A stretch of DNA of 64,000 bases from Microcoleus sp. (GTDB lineage: Bacteria; Cyanobacteriota; Cyanobacteriia; Cyanobacteriales; Microcoleaceae), in the NCBI GenBank assembly GCA_052279835.1, contig CP181291.1:480001-544000 (forward strand), given 5' to 3'. The translations under genes were made by a program, and so were the position numbers. The notes under the pieces were generated by a model, which had not been told where the DNA came from, did not search any database, and saw only the letters and a program-made list of their open reading frames with translations. This document shows, piece after piece, positions 31,479-41,755 of the stretch (positions within the stretch are counted from its first letter, which is position 1; each line of letters begins with the position of its first letter).

Positions 31479-32180
31479 TCAAAAAGTTTCTGCCATTAAT
31501 TTAGCCTGCACAATTTCACCCAGAGATTTGAGGATGGGTTCAGCTATTTTAATGTCTGTATCCGGTTCAATGGGAACAATGATGCACACAGCTACCCAGG
31601 AGGCACGACGATTTGACAGTCTAGCAATACTGTCTTCCCAAAACCAGCGACTTGTTGCGGTCGAACCCCCGTTTTGCCAAGCGTACCATTGTAAGACCGC
31701 AAAGGTGTGTTGGGCACTCCGGCTGCGGAAAAACCTGGCTTTGATGGTTGTAGTCTTGGCGTTTGGTACTGGGTTTAAATTAACTATAAACGGCAAAGTG
31801 CGATCGGCATCTGTTTGCCACCGATGAAACCCCTTGATATCCAGCCATTCCACCTGGGGCTGGTCTTTGGGACCATTTTGAGGCAACATTAATAAAATTG
31901 CCATTGTTTGAGGATTTTTAATTTCTTGAACTAACCACTTGTGACCGCCAATTAGTACGTTATTCTGCACCCGGATTACCTCCCAGCCGGGAAGTGTCAA
32001 CCCATTTTGACGTAAAGTTTTTAATTGCTTGAGGTTGGTCACTTCGGGCGGGTTTGTCCAGGGCCACCTTCCTGTACCATAGCCCGGAATTGCTACTGCC
32101 CCAACCAGTACCAGTAAAAACATAATTACGATAATTTTAAATAACTGGTATCGCCTTAGTAGTTTGCGTGCTGAAATCAT
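31479..32180 (-). CDS. Cyanoexosortase B system-associated protein
   Basis: Follows the exosortase; GAVAIPGY..G.WPW, PQVEW.DI, AVLQWYAW..GG. Confidence 0.8.
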   Translation of the reverse strand: MISARKLLRRYQLFKIIVIMFLLVLVGAVAIPGYGTGRWPWTNPPEVTNLKQLKTLRQNGLTLPGWEVIRVQNNVLIGGHKWLVQEIKNPQTMAILLMLPQNGPKDQPQVEWLDIKGFHRWQTDADRTLPFIVNLNPVPNAKTTTIKARFFRSRSAQHTFAVLQWYAWQNGGSTATSRWFWEDSIARLSNRRASWVAVCIIVPIEPDTDIKIAEPILKSLGEIVQAKLMAETF

Positions 32181-32184
32181 TTTT

Positions 32185-33057
32185 TTAATTGCCAGACTGG
32201 CTTGGGAAATATTTTTCCATACCGTCGATCAGAAGTACCAATAAACCTAGTATACAAGCAGAATATAAATCTCCACCCCATCCGGCGTGTAGCCAAGTAA
32301 ACAGTCCTACTTTTTCGGTGCCGTGAAAGTAAGTGAGTAAAGTATTGCGGAGGATATTTGAACTAATACTAATGATAGATGTACTCGCTAGAAATAAAAT
32401 GCTTTTTTTGCAGGAATTCCCAACTCCTGTCCAGTCCAGCAGCATTAAGCTAACATACAGACTGGTAAACAGCATTTTTAGACCCGCACAGTGGGGTGCA
32501 ACCTCTACAATGCGATCGTTGACATAGAGATAAACTTCTTCTACTCTGACATTAAGACCAGCTTTGATTAAAATTAAGCCGGATATTTCCGCAATTAAGT
32601 GCTGCAAAGGTAAGGCGTAGGGTTCGATTAAGTAAGGAATGTGATTTGGCGAACCGAGCAATATAAAAAAAAGTGGTATTACCTGCAATTTCAAGCCTGG
32701 GATTCCTTTTAAACACAAGCAAATACTCCCTAGCATTAGGGACAGAGATAAATTTACCAAATCGCTTAATCTACTCACATAAAAAAGGGTCGCTAGTAGC
32801 AGTAAAACTAATCCTAAAGGATGGGGGGAGTTGGGTAACTTACGCCAGCTATTTAGATTGGTCCAAGCTATGTAAGCTGCGTAGGGTAAACCAATAATTC
32901 CGTGGCTGAAGTATTCGTGTTCTATGCTGATGTTTTTGTTGAACCATCCGTCATACCAGTGTAATACCAGGGGAGCATACAGCAGCACTAGGAGTACCGT
33001 AATACCTTCTTCCAGGAGGTATCGCTTCAGGATGCGAATTGGGCGCTGGATTTGCAT
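32185..33057 (-). CDS. crtB: Cyanoexosortase B (crtB in exosortase nomenclature, not phytoene synthase)
   Basis: EHEYFSHG, VEVAPHCAGLKML (Cys), NILRN (Arg), WLH.GWG (His); multi-TM. Confidence 0.88.
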   Translation of the reverse strand: MQIQRPIRILKRYLLEEGITVLLVLLYAPLVLHWYDGWFNKNISIEHEYFSHGIIGLPYAAYIAWTNLNSWRKLPNSPHPLGLVLLLLATLFYVSRLSDLVNLSLSLMLGSICLCLKGIPGLKLQVIPLFFILLGSPNHIPYLIEPYALPLQHLIAEISGLILIKAGLNVRVEEVYLYVNDRIVEVAPHCAGLKMLFTSLYVSLMLLDWTGVGNSCKKSILFLASTSIISISSNILRNTLLTYFHGTEKVGLFTWLHAGWGGDLYSACILGLLVLLIDGMEKYFPSQSGN

Positions 33058-33176
33058 TATTTTAATTTTTTTGAGTTGGGATTCTTGAATTCAACAGTTT
33101 TTAATTTGACACTCAAAAAATTTGACAAGGGAATTTATACTGATTGATACTTCATCACTTTAACTTATGTTAACAA

Positions 33177-34316
33177 TTAGCTCTTAAAGGATGATGCGAT
33201 CGCCCCAACAACCTGCTCAATCTGAGTATTACTCACTCCGGGATACATTGGCAATGACAATATCTGTTGGCACAGGGTTTCTGTATGGGGAAAGTCCCCT
33301 GGATTGCCTAAGTTTTGGTAGGCTGGTTGCAAGTGACAAGGTACGGGATAGTGAATGCCTGTTTGAATGCCATTTTCGCCGAGTTTTGCTTGCAGGGTAT
33401 TGCGGTTAATGGAGCTTTTCTCAGTAACTTGAATCACATAGAGGTGATAAATGTGACCGCTGCTGCTGTGGTTGGCGATCGGTACAATGCCTTTGTGTTT
33501 GAGGGGCTCTAATAGGGTATTGTAGTATTGGGCCGCTAAAGTGCGTCCGCGATTCCATGTTTCTAAATACGGTAATTTAACGTTGAGTACGGCCGCTTGC
33601 AAATTGTCGAGGCGGCTATTAGTGCCGATTTCTGTGTGTAAATATTTGCTTGGTGCGCCGTAATTTCGTAAAGTTCGCATTTTTTGTGCTACTTCTCCAT
33701 CATTGGTAATTAACATTCCGCCATCCCCAAAAGAGCCAAGGTTTTTGCTAGGATAAAAGCTGAATGCTGCTGCTTTGCCACAGGAACCTGCACGGTATCC
33801 TTCTCTGGAAGCTAGATGGGCTTGGGCCGCATCTTCAAAGATGATTAAATTGTAGCTTTTGGCAAAGTCTAGCAGTTGTGTAGGCGACACCATTTGGCCG
33901 TATAAATGCACCGGAATAATTGCTTTGGTTTTTGAGGTAATAGCTCTGGCGGCTGCTGTGAGGTCAATCAGGGCGGTTTCTGGGTCACAATCTACGAGAA
34001 TAGGTGTAGCCTTGGCTTGAATCACGCCAATTACGGTAGCGATAAAGGTGTTGGCGGGGATAATAATCTCGTCCCCTGGATGGATGCCACAAGCTTGCAG
34101 TCCGAGGGCGATCGCATCTGTTCCACAAGCTACTCCTATACCATATTTTACACCACAAGCTGTGGCAAAGGCTGTTTCAAATTCTGCCAGTGCTTGACCT
34201 AAAATAAAGTCGCCTTGAGCGATGATTTCGGAAATTACTTGTTGTATTTGGGATTGAATTGGTTCGTGTTGCAGGGAGAGGTTGACTAGGGGAATTTTGG
34301 GCTGGCGAATACTCAT
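33177..34316 (-). CDS. DegT/DnrJ/EryC1/StrS sugar aminotransferase
   Basis: IIPVHLYGQ, EDAAQAH, FSFYPSKNLG..GDGG. Confidence 0.92.
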   Translation of the reverse strand: MSIRQPKIPLVNLSLQHEPIQSQIQQVISEIIAQGDFILGQALAEFETAFATACGVKYGIGVACGTDAIALGLQACGIHPGDEIIIPANTFIATVIGVIQAKATPILVDCDPETALIDLTAAARAITSKTKAIIPVHLYGQMVSPTQLLDFAKSYNLIIFEDAAQAHLASREGYRAGSCGKAAAFSFYPSKNLGSFGDGGMLITNDGEVAQKMRTLRNYGAPSKYLHTEIGTNSRLDNLQAAVLNVKLPYLETWNRGRTLAAQYYNTLLEPLKHKGIVPIANHSSSGHIYHLYVIQVTEKSSINRNTLQAKLGENGIQTGIHYPVPCHLQPAYQNLGNPGDFPHTETLCQQILSLPMYPGVSNTQIEQVVGAIASSFKS

Positions 34317-34513
34317 ACATCTGAGGGATACGAATTATTTATATTAACATTGAAGTGCGGATATTTTTGAATTTATTTTAACCGCAGAGGGCGCAGAGAG
34401 CGCAGAGGAAAAGAGGAAGAGAGGAGAATAGCGATCGCGTTTTTCGTGAATTGTCAACGAGGTCATAATCTTCCGCTAAAATAGAATCAGATAATTTTTA
34501 CGAAATCAAACTC

Positions 34514-35551
34514 ATGGAATACAAGCAACTCGGCGATAGCGATTTATTAGTGTCTGAAATCTGTTTGGGTACGATGACTTATGGTCAGCAAAATACTGTG
34601 GAGGAAGCTGCTCAACAACTCGATTTTGCCACAGACAGAGGTGTCAATTTTATTGATACAGCAGAAATGTATCCTGTGCCAGCTAAGCCAGAAACTCAGG
34701 GGAAAACTGAGGAATATATCGGTGCATGGTTGGTGAAGCAGCAGCGGGATAAAGTCATTTTAGCTACTAAAATAGCTGGGCGCAGTTCTCGATTAAAGTG
34801 GATTCGGGAAGGGAAAAATCAGATCGATCGCCAAAATGTCGAAACAGCACTGAATGACAGCCTGAAACGCCTGCAAACTGACTATATCGACCTCTATCAG
34901 ATCCACTGGCCCGATCGCTATGTGCCACTATTTGGCGCGCCGGATTACGACATCGCCCAAGAACACGAAACCATACCAATTCTGGAACAGTTAGAGGTGT
35001 TTGCTGACTTAATTAAAGCTGGCAAAATCCGCTATTTGGGTTTGAGTAATGAGACTCCTTGGGGAGTTTGCGAGTTTTGCAATTTGGCCGAAAAACATGG
35101 CTTGCCGAAAGTGGTTTCTATTCAGAATGCTTTTAGTTTGAGCAATCGGACGTTTCACATGAATTTAGCCGAAACTTGCCGTTTTAAGCAGGTGGGATTG
35201 ATGGCTTATAGTCCTTTGGGTTTTGGGCTATTGACTGGTAAATATTTGCAGGGAATTCCTGAAAATTCGCGACTGGCTTTGTTCGCTGGTTTCGGTCAGC
35301 GTTATGATAAAACTAATCTGAATGATGCGGTAAAAGCGTATGTTGAGATTGCTGCTAAATACAATTTAAGTCCGGCACAAATGGCTTTGGCTTATGTGCG
35401 ATCGCGCTGGTTTGTGACGAGCACGATTATTGGTGCAACTAACCTCGAACAGTTGGAGGAAAATCTTAATAGTTTGGAGGTGAATTTGGATCGGGAGATT
35501 ATAGCAGAAATTAATGCGGTGCACGCTAAGTATCCGAATCCGACACCGTAG
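34514..35551 (+). CDS. Aldo/keto reductase (Tas-like)
   Basis: LGTMTYG, FIDTAEMYP, DLYQIHWP, GLSNETPWG, AYSPL. Confidence 0.92.
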   Translation: MEYKQLGDSDLLVSEICLGTMTYGQQNTVEEAAQQLDFATDRGVNFIDTAEMYPVPAKPETQGKTEEYIGAWLVKQQRDKVILATKIAGRSSRLKWIREGKNQIDRQNVETALNDSLKRLQTDYIDLYQIHWPDRYVPLFGAPDYDIAQEHETIPILEQLEVFADLIKAGKIRYLGLSNETPWGVCEFCNLAEKHGLPKVVSIQNAFSLSNRTFHMNLAETCRFKQVGLMAYSPLGFGLLTGKYLQGIPENSRLALFAGFGQRYDKTNLNDAVKAYVEIAAKYNLSPAQMALAYVRSRWFVTSTIIGATNLEQLEENLNSLEVNLDREIIAEINAVHAKYPNPTP

Positions 35552-35754
35552 GTTGGTTCGTTGTTCAATCGGCGGTTGAAACCGCTTCTACACAAACAAT
35601 GTCCGCGCAACGCGAGACTAAGAGTTTGAGGGAGGATTTAACCGGGATTTGCTATTATTAGGTTGGGTTGAGGTGACGAACATTAGGTTTTACTTCGCCC
35701 AACTTACCACTTTTTTAATATTATGTATGTTGTAGTAATCCCAAAAATACCGAA

Positions 35755-36198
35755 GTGGCAGAAATTATAGAACAGGATATAATAAATTCAAGCGTAGAAG
35801 TTGGCAGTGGGTGTGAATGGACAGGTAAAGGAGTAGAACCCCAGTGGAACAATCCTAAATCAACGAAAGCTTACGACCATATTGCTCGCCATCACGGCCC
35901 CAAACTTAAACCCCATGAACTTATGGGAAGAGCGACAAGTTCCAACAAGGATCAAGGACAGTGGTTAAATCCTAATGATTGGGTAAATGCCGAACAATTG
36001 ATACCCAAGTATTCCGGTAAATATATCATTGATTTTCAACGTCCCATTGGTAGAGTTTATCATCCAGATGGAGCGATAACCGAAAGTGTCACTTGCGCCA
36101 AAATAAAAAGAAATCCTGATGGTACGCTGAAGTATGGTTATCCTGTCGTAAACAATTCAAATTTTTCACTATCAAATAGGAGTATCAGCCATGAATAA
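35755..36198 (+). CDS. Stand-alone putative nuclease toxin domain (polymorphic toxin C-terminus-like)
   Basis: His cluster DHIARHHG and terminal IGRVY.PDG...G.LKYGYPV; overlaps the downstream gene. Confidence 0.5.
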   Translation: MAEIIEQDIINSSVEVGSGCEWTGKGVEPQWNNPKSTKAYDHIARHHGPKLKPHELMGRATSSNKDQGQWLNPNDWVNAEQLIPKYSGKYIIDFQRPIGRVYHPDGAITESVTCAKIKRNPDGTLKYGYPVVNNSNFSLSNRSISHE

Positions 36199-36715
36199 CA
36201 CTCAAAAATTTAATTTTAAATTAGGAGAACGTTTCTTAGAAAATTACGCCGCTCCTCCCGAAGATCCATTGGGAGAACTTAGTCATTTTGAAATGGCGCT
36301 CAGGCGCTTCTGTTTTGAATGCGATCGTAAAGTATCAATAGAAATTGGTGATGAAAAAATACAGGTATTTTTCGATCCTGATATCTGTATGATTTTGGAC
36401 GATAATCTGCCGGAACAAATTAGGAAACTGTCACAAGGTAAGCCAATAGAAATAGATTTTGCGGAAAGTTGTACGCTAACTATCAAGTTAGTATCCACAG
36501 ACGATCGCATTAACTGTACTTTGACCAAGTTTGGAACTTTGGGCTGGGAAAAGGTATTTGAGTTCGATCGCGCTCAAGTATTAAATACACTCAGAGGTTT
36601 TCTTCACGAAGTGATGCAGCTAGCTGTAGATGAGGGTTACATCACGTTGGAAGAGAAGGAGGAGTTTATTAGTCCGGCTTTTGCTAGTACGGATGCTGCG
36701 GTGTTAAGCAAGTAG
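36191..36715 (+). CDS. Hypothetical acidic protein, putative immunity partner
   Basis: 8-bp overlap with the upstream ORF; AGGAG RBS. Confidence 0.55.
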   Translation: MNNTQKFNFKLGERFLENYAAPPEDPLGELSHFEMALRRFCFECDRKVSIEIGDEKIQVFFDPDICMILDDNLPEQIRKLSQGKPIEIDFAESCTLTIKLVSTDDRINCTLTKFGTLGWEKVFEFDRAQVLNTLRGFLHEVMQLAVDEGYITLEEKEEFISPAFASTDAAVLSK

Positions 36716-36800
36716 TTGGTTTTGGTGGTGTTTTGGGCGATCGCCCTTTTTTTATATTTCTGAAACCCTTGCCCTATCTGCCCGCAATCAATTCACTCAG

Positions 36801-36837
36801 GTTTCAATTCTTAATAGAGATTTAGGTTAATTGTGGC
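36801..36837 (-). CRISPR. Degenerate solitary CRISPR-like repeat
   Basis: GTTTCAATTCTTAATAGAGATTTAGGTTAATTG resembles the cyanobacterial GTTTCAATCCCTAATAGGGAT...AATTGCAA family (minus-strand 3' ATTGAAAC). Confidence 0.4.
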
Positions 36838-36993
36838 ATCCATTTTACCCATAGCCCGGTATACCGCGCTATTCAAGCCTATTAGATTAAAGCGGCATCG
36901 GATGTCGGCAAATTGAGGTTGAGTTGGCATCCACTTTACCCATAATGCGGTAGACTGCGTTATTCAAGCGTATTAGATTAAAGCGACATCGGA
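36834..36993. repeat. Two ~69-bp imperfect direct repeats, 91-bp period
   Basis: TGGCATCCA.TTTACCCATA...TATTCAAGC.TATTAGATTAAAGCG.CATCGGA at 36834 and 36925. Confidence 0.85.
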
Positions 36994-37053
36994 GGCAGAC
37001 AATCGGATGTTTAAATCTCCGTAATAAAGAAAACAAACGGTCTTATTGCTCGC

Positions 37054-37082
37054 TTGACAATTCAATTTTTTAGTGTTAAATT
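37054..37082 (+). promoter_or_regulatory. Sigma70-type promoter
   Basis: TTGACA-N17-TAAATT. Confidence 0.55.
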
Positions 37083-37302
37083 ATTAAAAAACAAGCTCAA
37101 ACAAAACTTCCTCACATTCCCAAGTGTAAGAAAGACAACGCTTGAATGTCTTGTAGTTTTTGCAATAGCAAATCATATCTGACACGGAAAAGGCCCGCCT
37201 GAAGTAACGATTCAGACAGAGGCCTTGCTTTAGCTAGCAAACTCACGGTGGTTTGACATCTCAACTTCAGACCACCACAAGTTAACGTAACTATGGAAAT
37301 AT

Positions 37303-37674
37303 ATGTCCCACAATTATACTTCACAATGCGAGTCGTTGTACACCAACCTTCGGCGGACTCAGAAAACCCTCTCTGTTTTGGCGGAATCGAACCGCGCTTT
37401 GGCGAAGTCGTACTGCGCTTTGGCGAAGTCAAACCGCGCTTTGGCGAAGTCAAACCGCGCTTTGGCGGAGTGGAACCGCAGTCTTCTTGAGGAAAACGAA
37501 GCAAAGGATAAAACTATCAAAGCTAAGGATAAAACTATCCAATCCTTTGAGGAAAAATTCCTAGAACAGCAACAAGAAATAGATGACTTGAGGCGCGAAC
37601 GTGATTGGCAGCCAAATGACTGGGATAACGATGGTTCATCAAATGCAGATTGTCACGATCGCGAATCAGCCTAA
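37303..37674 (+). CDS. Small coiled-coil protein with 21-bp tandem heptad repeats
   Basis: A(E/K)SNRAL-type heptad x5, plus (AKDKTIK/Q) x2. Confidence 0.55.
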   Translation: MSHNYTSQCESLYTNLRRTQKTLSVLAESNRALAKSYCALAKSNRALAKSNRALAEWNRSLLEENEAKDKTIKAKDKTIQSFEEKFLEQQQEIDDLRRERDWQPNDWDNDGSSNADCHDRESA

Positions 37675-37904
37675 AGGCTAGGAATCTGGTAAAAAGTACG
37701 ATCGCCCTTTCCATCCAAAAAATAGGACAATGGTAAAGGGCGATCGCCCTTCACCTAAATGCTTAATTCGATCGCACTTTTTGCTGTTTTTCCTGCAAAA
37801 ACTCGGCAAACTCGCAGACTTCAGCCCAAAGAAACCGGGTTTTTAGCGAATTTACTCGCCACAACGAAGTATTTTCGCAAAAACCCGGTTTCTGAGCCCA
37901 TGCG

Positions 37905-38171
37905 TCAGTTGTATAATCGCAACTGATGCGGATAAACTGTTTCAACACCAATCGTTTCCATAAATGCCCCCGGTTCATCCTGAGTTGCAGGAACAAAATC
38001 TCCGCCAACTTCCGCTTTCACCCATCCGCCAAATAATTCTACTAAATACGCTTCACCATTCTTGAAAACCTCAACAATTACCCCTGCTGTTTCTGGCGGT
38101 GCAATCTCGCCATCAGCGAGGGCGACTGCTTCGATTAAATTAACTGCATCGAATAATTGAAATTTGCTCAT
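37905..38171 (-). CDS. DUF4926 family protein
   Basis: FQLFDAV.L...G.IVEVF..GEAYLVELF...ETVYP.QL. Confidence 0.7.
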   Translation of the reverse strand: MSKFQLFDAVNLIEAVALADGEIAPPETAGVIVEVFKNGEAYLVELFGGWVKAEVGGDFVPATQDEPGAFMETIGVETVYPHQLRLYN

Positions 38172-38275
38172 TACTATCCATTCTTCAACCCGCGCAGGCG
38201 GGTTTTGTTCGTGTAGACGCGGTTTCAACCGCCGGGTTTAATGCTAACTTGATTCGATCGCGCTACCTTACCTCT

Positions 38276-38638
38276 TTAAATAGGAAGTTGCCGTACTCGA
38301 TAACGATTATCTTCCACTGTCACAATCGCACCTGTTTCCAAATCTTCGCCACACTCTGACAAAACAGCCAGCAATCTAGCACTAACAAAAGCTGGAATAG
38401 TATTTTGAAGTCTAAAGATAATCACACTGGGAAGAGATTCAGAACTAATAGCCAAAAGCTCGCCAAAATCCAGGTCAAAAGTTAAAACAATTCGTTGCTC
38501 TTGGCGTGCTTTTTCCACGATCTCAGAATCGGGCAAACGCTCCAATCCTTGCTCGTTTAAGTGTACAGCATTATATCCCTGCTCGCGCAGTGCAAGCACC
38601 GTTACAGGAGACACACCCATGTCTGCCAAAAATTTCAT
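38276..38638 (-). CDS. DUF5615 family PIN-like toxin
   Basis: MKFLADM, D.EI..KA..E.RIVLTFDLDFGEL, RYRVR.LPI. Confidence 0.88.
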   Translation of the reverse strand: MKFLADMGVSPVTVLALREQGYNAVHLNEQGLERLPDSEIVEKARQEQRIVLTFDLDFGELLAISSESLPSVIIFRLQNTIPAFVSARLLAVLSECGEDLETGAIVTVEDNRYRVRQLPI

Positions 38639-38868
38639 GCTGGACTCCCGCTAAATGGACGAATTTGCTCGTTCGTCAAAAATGCCGCATACTGGAGACT
38701 AGCTTTAATATCCTCAGCTTCCAAATAAGGATAAGCCGCCAAAATTTCCGCTACACTCATCCCATTTGCTACTAAACTCACTACCAAAGAAACAGTAATT
38801 CGCATTCCTCGAATGCAAGCTCTTCCTCCCATAATTGTTGGATCGAAGGTAATGCGATCGAACATCAT
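38635..38868 (-). CDS. DUF433 antitoxin
   Basis: RITFDP.IMGGRACIRGMRITV...YPYLE.EDI.A.L.YAA. Confidence 0.9.
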   Translation of the reverse strand: MMFDRITFDPTIMGGRACIRGMRITVSLVVSLVANGMSVAEILAAYPYLEAEDIKASLQYAAFLTNEQIRPFSGSPA

Positions 38869-38946
38869 ATCCTCCCATTCTTCCTTAACAAACATCTGCC
38901 CTAATTCTTGTGGAGCAGGCCGGAAAGCCTGCTCAAGACTCTGCAT

Positions 38947-40959
38947 TTAATGTCCCAATAACTTATCCCGCAAATGCTTAATGCGATCGCGCAATTTACC
39001 AGCCTCCTCAAACTCCAATTTCTTCGCCGCCTCCTTCATCTGCGTTTCCAACCGCTTAATCAAATCAGGAATCTCATCCAAAGATAACTCGTTTGCGCGT
39101 TCGTAAACCTCCTCCAACTGCTGAGAATTCAGCTTCCGCGATACGTCCAAAAACGCCAAAATCGCATTACTCGATCGCTTTTTCGCGATCGGCTGTGGCG
39201 TAATCCCGTGCATCTTATTATACGCCAACTGGATGCCCCGACGGCGCTCGGTTTCATCGATCGCCTTAACCATACTATCCGTCAAATTATCCGCGTACAA
39301 AATAGCCTGTCCCTGAATGTGGCGCGCCGCCCGCCCAATAGTTTGAATCAAAGAACGTCCCGATCGCAAAAACCCCTCCTTATCCGCATCCAAAATTACA
39401 ACTAGAGACACCTCCGGTAAATCCAAACCCTCCCGCAACAAGTTCACCCCAATCAAAACATCAAACTTACCATCCTGCAAATCTTGGATAATTTCAATCC
39501 GTTCGATCGACTGAATTTCCGAGTGCAAATACCGGACTTTAATCGCCCTTTCCTGTAAATATTCCGTTAAATCCTCCGCCATCCGCTTCGTTAAAGTTGT
39601 CACCAAAACCCGCTCGTTCCGACTAACTCTTTCTTTGATTTCACCCAACAAGTCGTCAATTTGACCCTCCGTCGGACGTACAAATATCGTCGGATCGATT
39701 ACTCCTGTCGGTCGGATCACCTGTTCGGCAACTCTGCTTTCTGAAATTTCAATTTCCCAATCTCCCGGCGTTGCCGACACAAAAATGCACTGATTAGCTT
39801 TTTGCCAAAATTCCTCTGCTTTCAAAGGGCGATTATCGGCCGCACTAGGCAAGCGAAAACCGTGTTCGATCAATATTTTTTTGCGCGCTTGGTCGCCGTT
39901 ATACATTCCTCGAATTTGCGGCACTGTGACGTGGGATTCATCTATGACTAACATCCAATCTTTGGGAAAATAATCAATCAAACATTCCGGCGGTTCCCCG
40001 GCATTTCTGCCTGCTAAATGCCGCGAGTAATTTTCAACTCCGTTGCAGTAACCTACTTCTCGCAACATTTCCAAATCGTAGCGGGTGCGCTGTTCTATCC
40101 GCTGAGCTTCTAATAGTTTACCGTCTTTTTCCAATGCTACCAGCCTGTCTTCCAATTCAAGTTCTATGCCTTGACAAGCAGCCTCTAATTTATCTTCTGC
40201 CGTGACAAAGTGGCGGGCTGGATAAATGTTTAAAGCTTCTACTTGTTGAATTGTTTTACCTGTCACTGGGTCAACGTAGCGGATGGCATCGATTTCGTCC
40301 CCGAAAAATTCAACGCGAATAATTCTATCTTCATAGGCGGGGCCAATTTCTAACACATCGCCTTTGACGCGAAATTTGCCTCTACCTAAATCTATGTCAT
40401 TGCGGCTGTATTGGACGTTGACTAAATCTCGCAAAACTTGCCGCTGATTGATTTCCATTCCTACTCGCAAAGGGATAGCAGCTTTCAGGTATTCGGCGGG
40501 CATTCCTAAACCGTAGATGCAGCTAATGGATGCTACGACTATGACATCGCGGCGTTCAAAGAGCGATCGCGTGGCTGAGTGCCGCAGCATATCGATCTCG
40601 TCGTTAATTGCTGCGGTTTTTTCAATGTAAGTATCGCTGACGGCGATGTAGGCTTCTGGTTGATAATAGTCGTAATAACTGACAAAATATTCGACGGCAT
40701 TGTTGGGGAAAAAATTACGCAGTTCGTTGCAAAGTTGAGCCGCCAGGGTTTTGTTGTGGGCGAGCACTAAGGTGGGCTTGCCGATCTTTTCTATCACGGC
40801 TGCAATGGAAAAGGTTTTGCCCGTACCTGTGGCTCCGAGTAAGGTTTGAAATCGATCGCCTGCTTGAATGGTGTGGACGAGTTGGGCGATCGCTTGCGGT
40901 TGGTCGCCCGTAGGCTCAAAGGGCGCTTGTAATTCAAAAGATGCTGCCGCAGTTACCAT
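38947..40959 (-). CDS. uvrB: Excinuclease ABC subunit B
   Basis: [23 protein letters not shown]-terminal UVR domain. Confidence 0.97.
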   Translation of the reverse strand: MVTAAASFELQAPFEPTGDQPQAIAQLVHTIQAGDRFQTLLGATGTGKTFSIAAVIEKIGKPTLVLAHNKTLAAQLCNELRNFFPNNAVEYFVSYYDYYQPEAYIAVSDTYIEKTAAINDEIDMLRHSATRSLFERRDVIVVASISCIYGLGMPAEYLKAAIPLRVGMEINQRQVLRDLVNVQYSRNDIDLGRGKFRVKGDVLEIGPAYEDRIIRVEFFGDEIDAIRYVDPVTGKTIQQVEALNIYPARHFVTAEDKLEAACQGIELELEDRLVALEKDGKLLEAQRIEQRTRYDLEMLREVGYCNGVENYSRHLAGRNAGEPPECLIDYFPKDWMLVIDESHVTVPQIRGMYNGDQARKKILIEHGFRLPSAADNRPLKAEEFWQKANQCIFVSATPGDWEIEISESRVAEQVIRPTGVIDPTIFVRPTEGQIDDLLGEIKERVSRNERVLVTTLTKRMAEDLTEYLQERAIKVRYLHSEIQSIERIEIIQDLQDGKFDVLIGVNLLREGLDLPEVSLVVILDADKEGFLRSGRSLIQTIGRAARHIQGQAILYADNLTDSMVKAIDETERRRGIQLAYNKMHGITPQPIAKKRSSNAILAFLDVSRKLNSQQLEEVYERANELSLDEIPDLIKRLETQMKEAAKKLEFEEAGKLRDRIKHLRDKLLGH

Positions 40960-41158
40960 AGGAAAATGTAGCTATTACTAATAAATATTAACAAAAATGC
41001 AATTAATTTGCAATTTAGTTGAGAAACTTGTTAGGATTTATCATATTATTTTAATCATCCATCAAAAGAGAAAGCAGAAAGCTCAAAAATGTAGCTTTCT
41101 CAGTCCAGAGCTTTCCGAACCCAACAATCAAGGCCCAATAATCAAAAGGAAAAAAATT

Positions 41159-41632
41159 ATGAGTCTCAGCCCCAAAGGTAAAGGCAGTGCGATCGCCCGT
41201 CGTGGTAAAGCAGCTTCCAAGAGCGAAGCGACAGCAGCTAGCGAGCCCAAAGCAACAGGAATTCAACTCTATCTACCCCCTGCGTTGCCCAACCGCCCTG
41301 TGGGACCAAACGACTTTACCGTCAGCGAGACGCTCTCGATTTCGGGAAATCGCCCGATCGGCGTTAACACCCTACACATCAGCGAAACCTACGGCATAGT
41401 CGGCAACCGCCCGGTAGAAGCCAGTGACTTGGAAGTAGTCGCTACCTTGGGGAGACGCCCGATCGGCTCTAGCACGATGCAAGTCAGTGAAATGTTCAGT
41501 ATGTCCGGTGCGCGGCCTGTTGGTGTCAGCACTCTTCACATTGATGAAGTTTACTCCACAATGGGTGGAAATCGCCCCATTGCCTCCAATGACATTGACG
41601 ATAGCTCTACTTTAATGGGATTTTTAGATTAA
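41159..41632 (+). CDS. Hypothetical protein with six internal (N/R/A)RP(I/V) repeats
   Basis: Visible ~16-20-aa repeats; ends in LMGFLD. Confidence 0.7.
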   Translation: MSLSPKGKGSAIARRGKAASKSEATAASEPKATGIQLYLPPALPNRPVGPNDFTVSETLSISGNRPIGVNTLHISETYGIVGNRPVEASDLEVVATLGRRPIGSSTMQVSEMFSMSGARPVGVSTLHIDEVYSTMGGNRPIASNDIDDSSTLMGFLD

Positions 41633-41755
41633 GTTGTCCTTCGTGGTTATGGGTTAGTTGTTATTAGTTAGTTGTGACAGACTATACACTTTAGGATTGC
41701 CTCAACCAAAACTACAGTATTAACTAACAAATAACTAATAACAAATAACCACTAA

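Noticed and set aside
14960..37892. AGAAACCGGGTTTT/AAAACCCGGTTTCT inverted pairs as ends of one large element
   Set aside because: They occur as local pairs (14960-15021, 25075-25139, 37830-37892), typical of a dispersed small repeat
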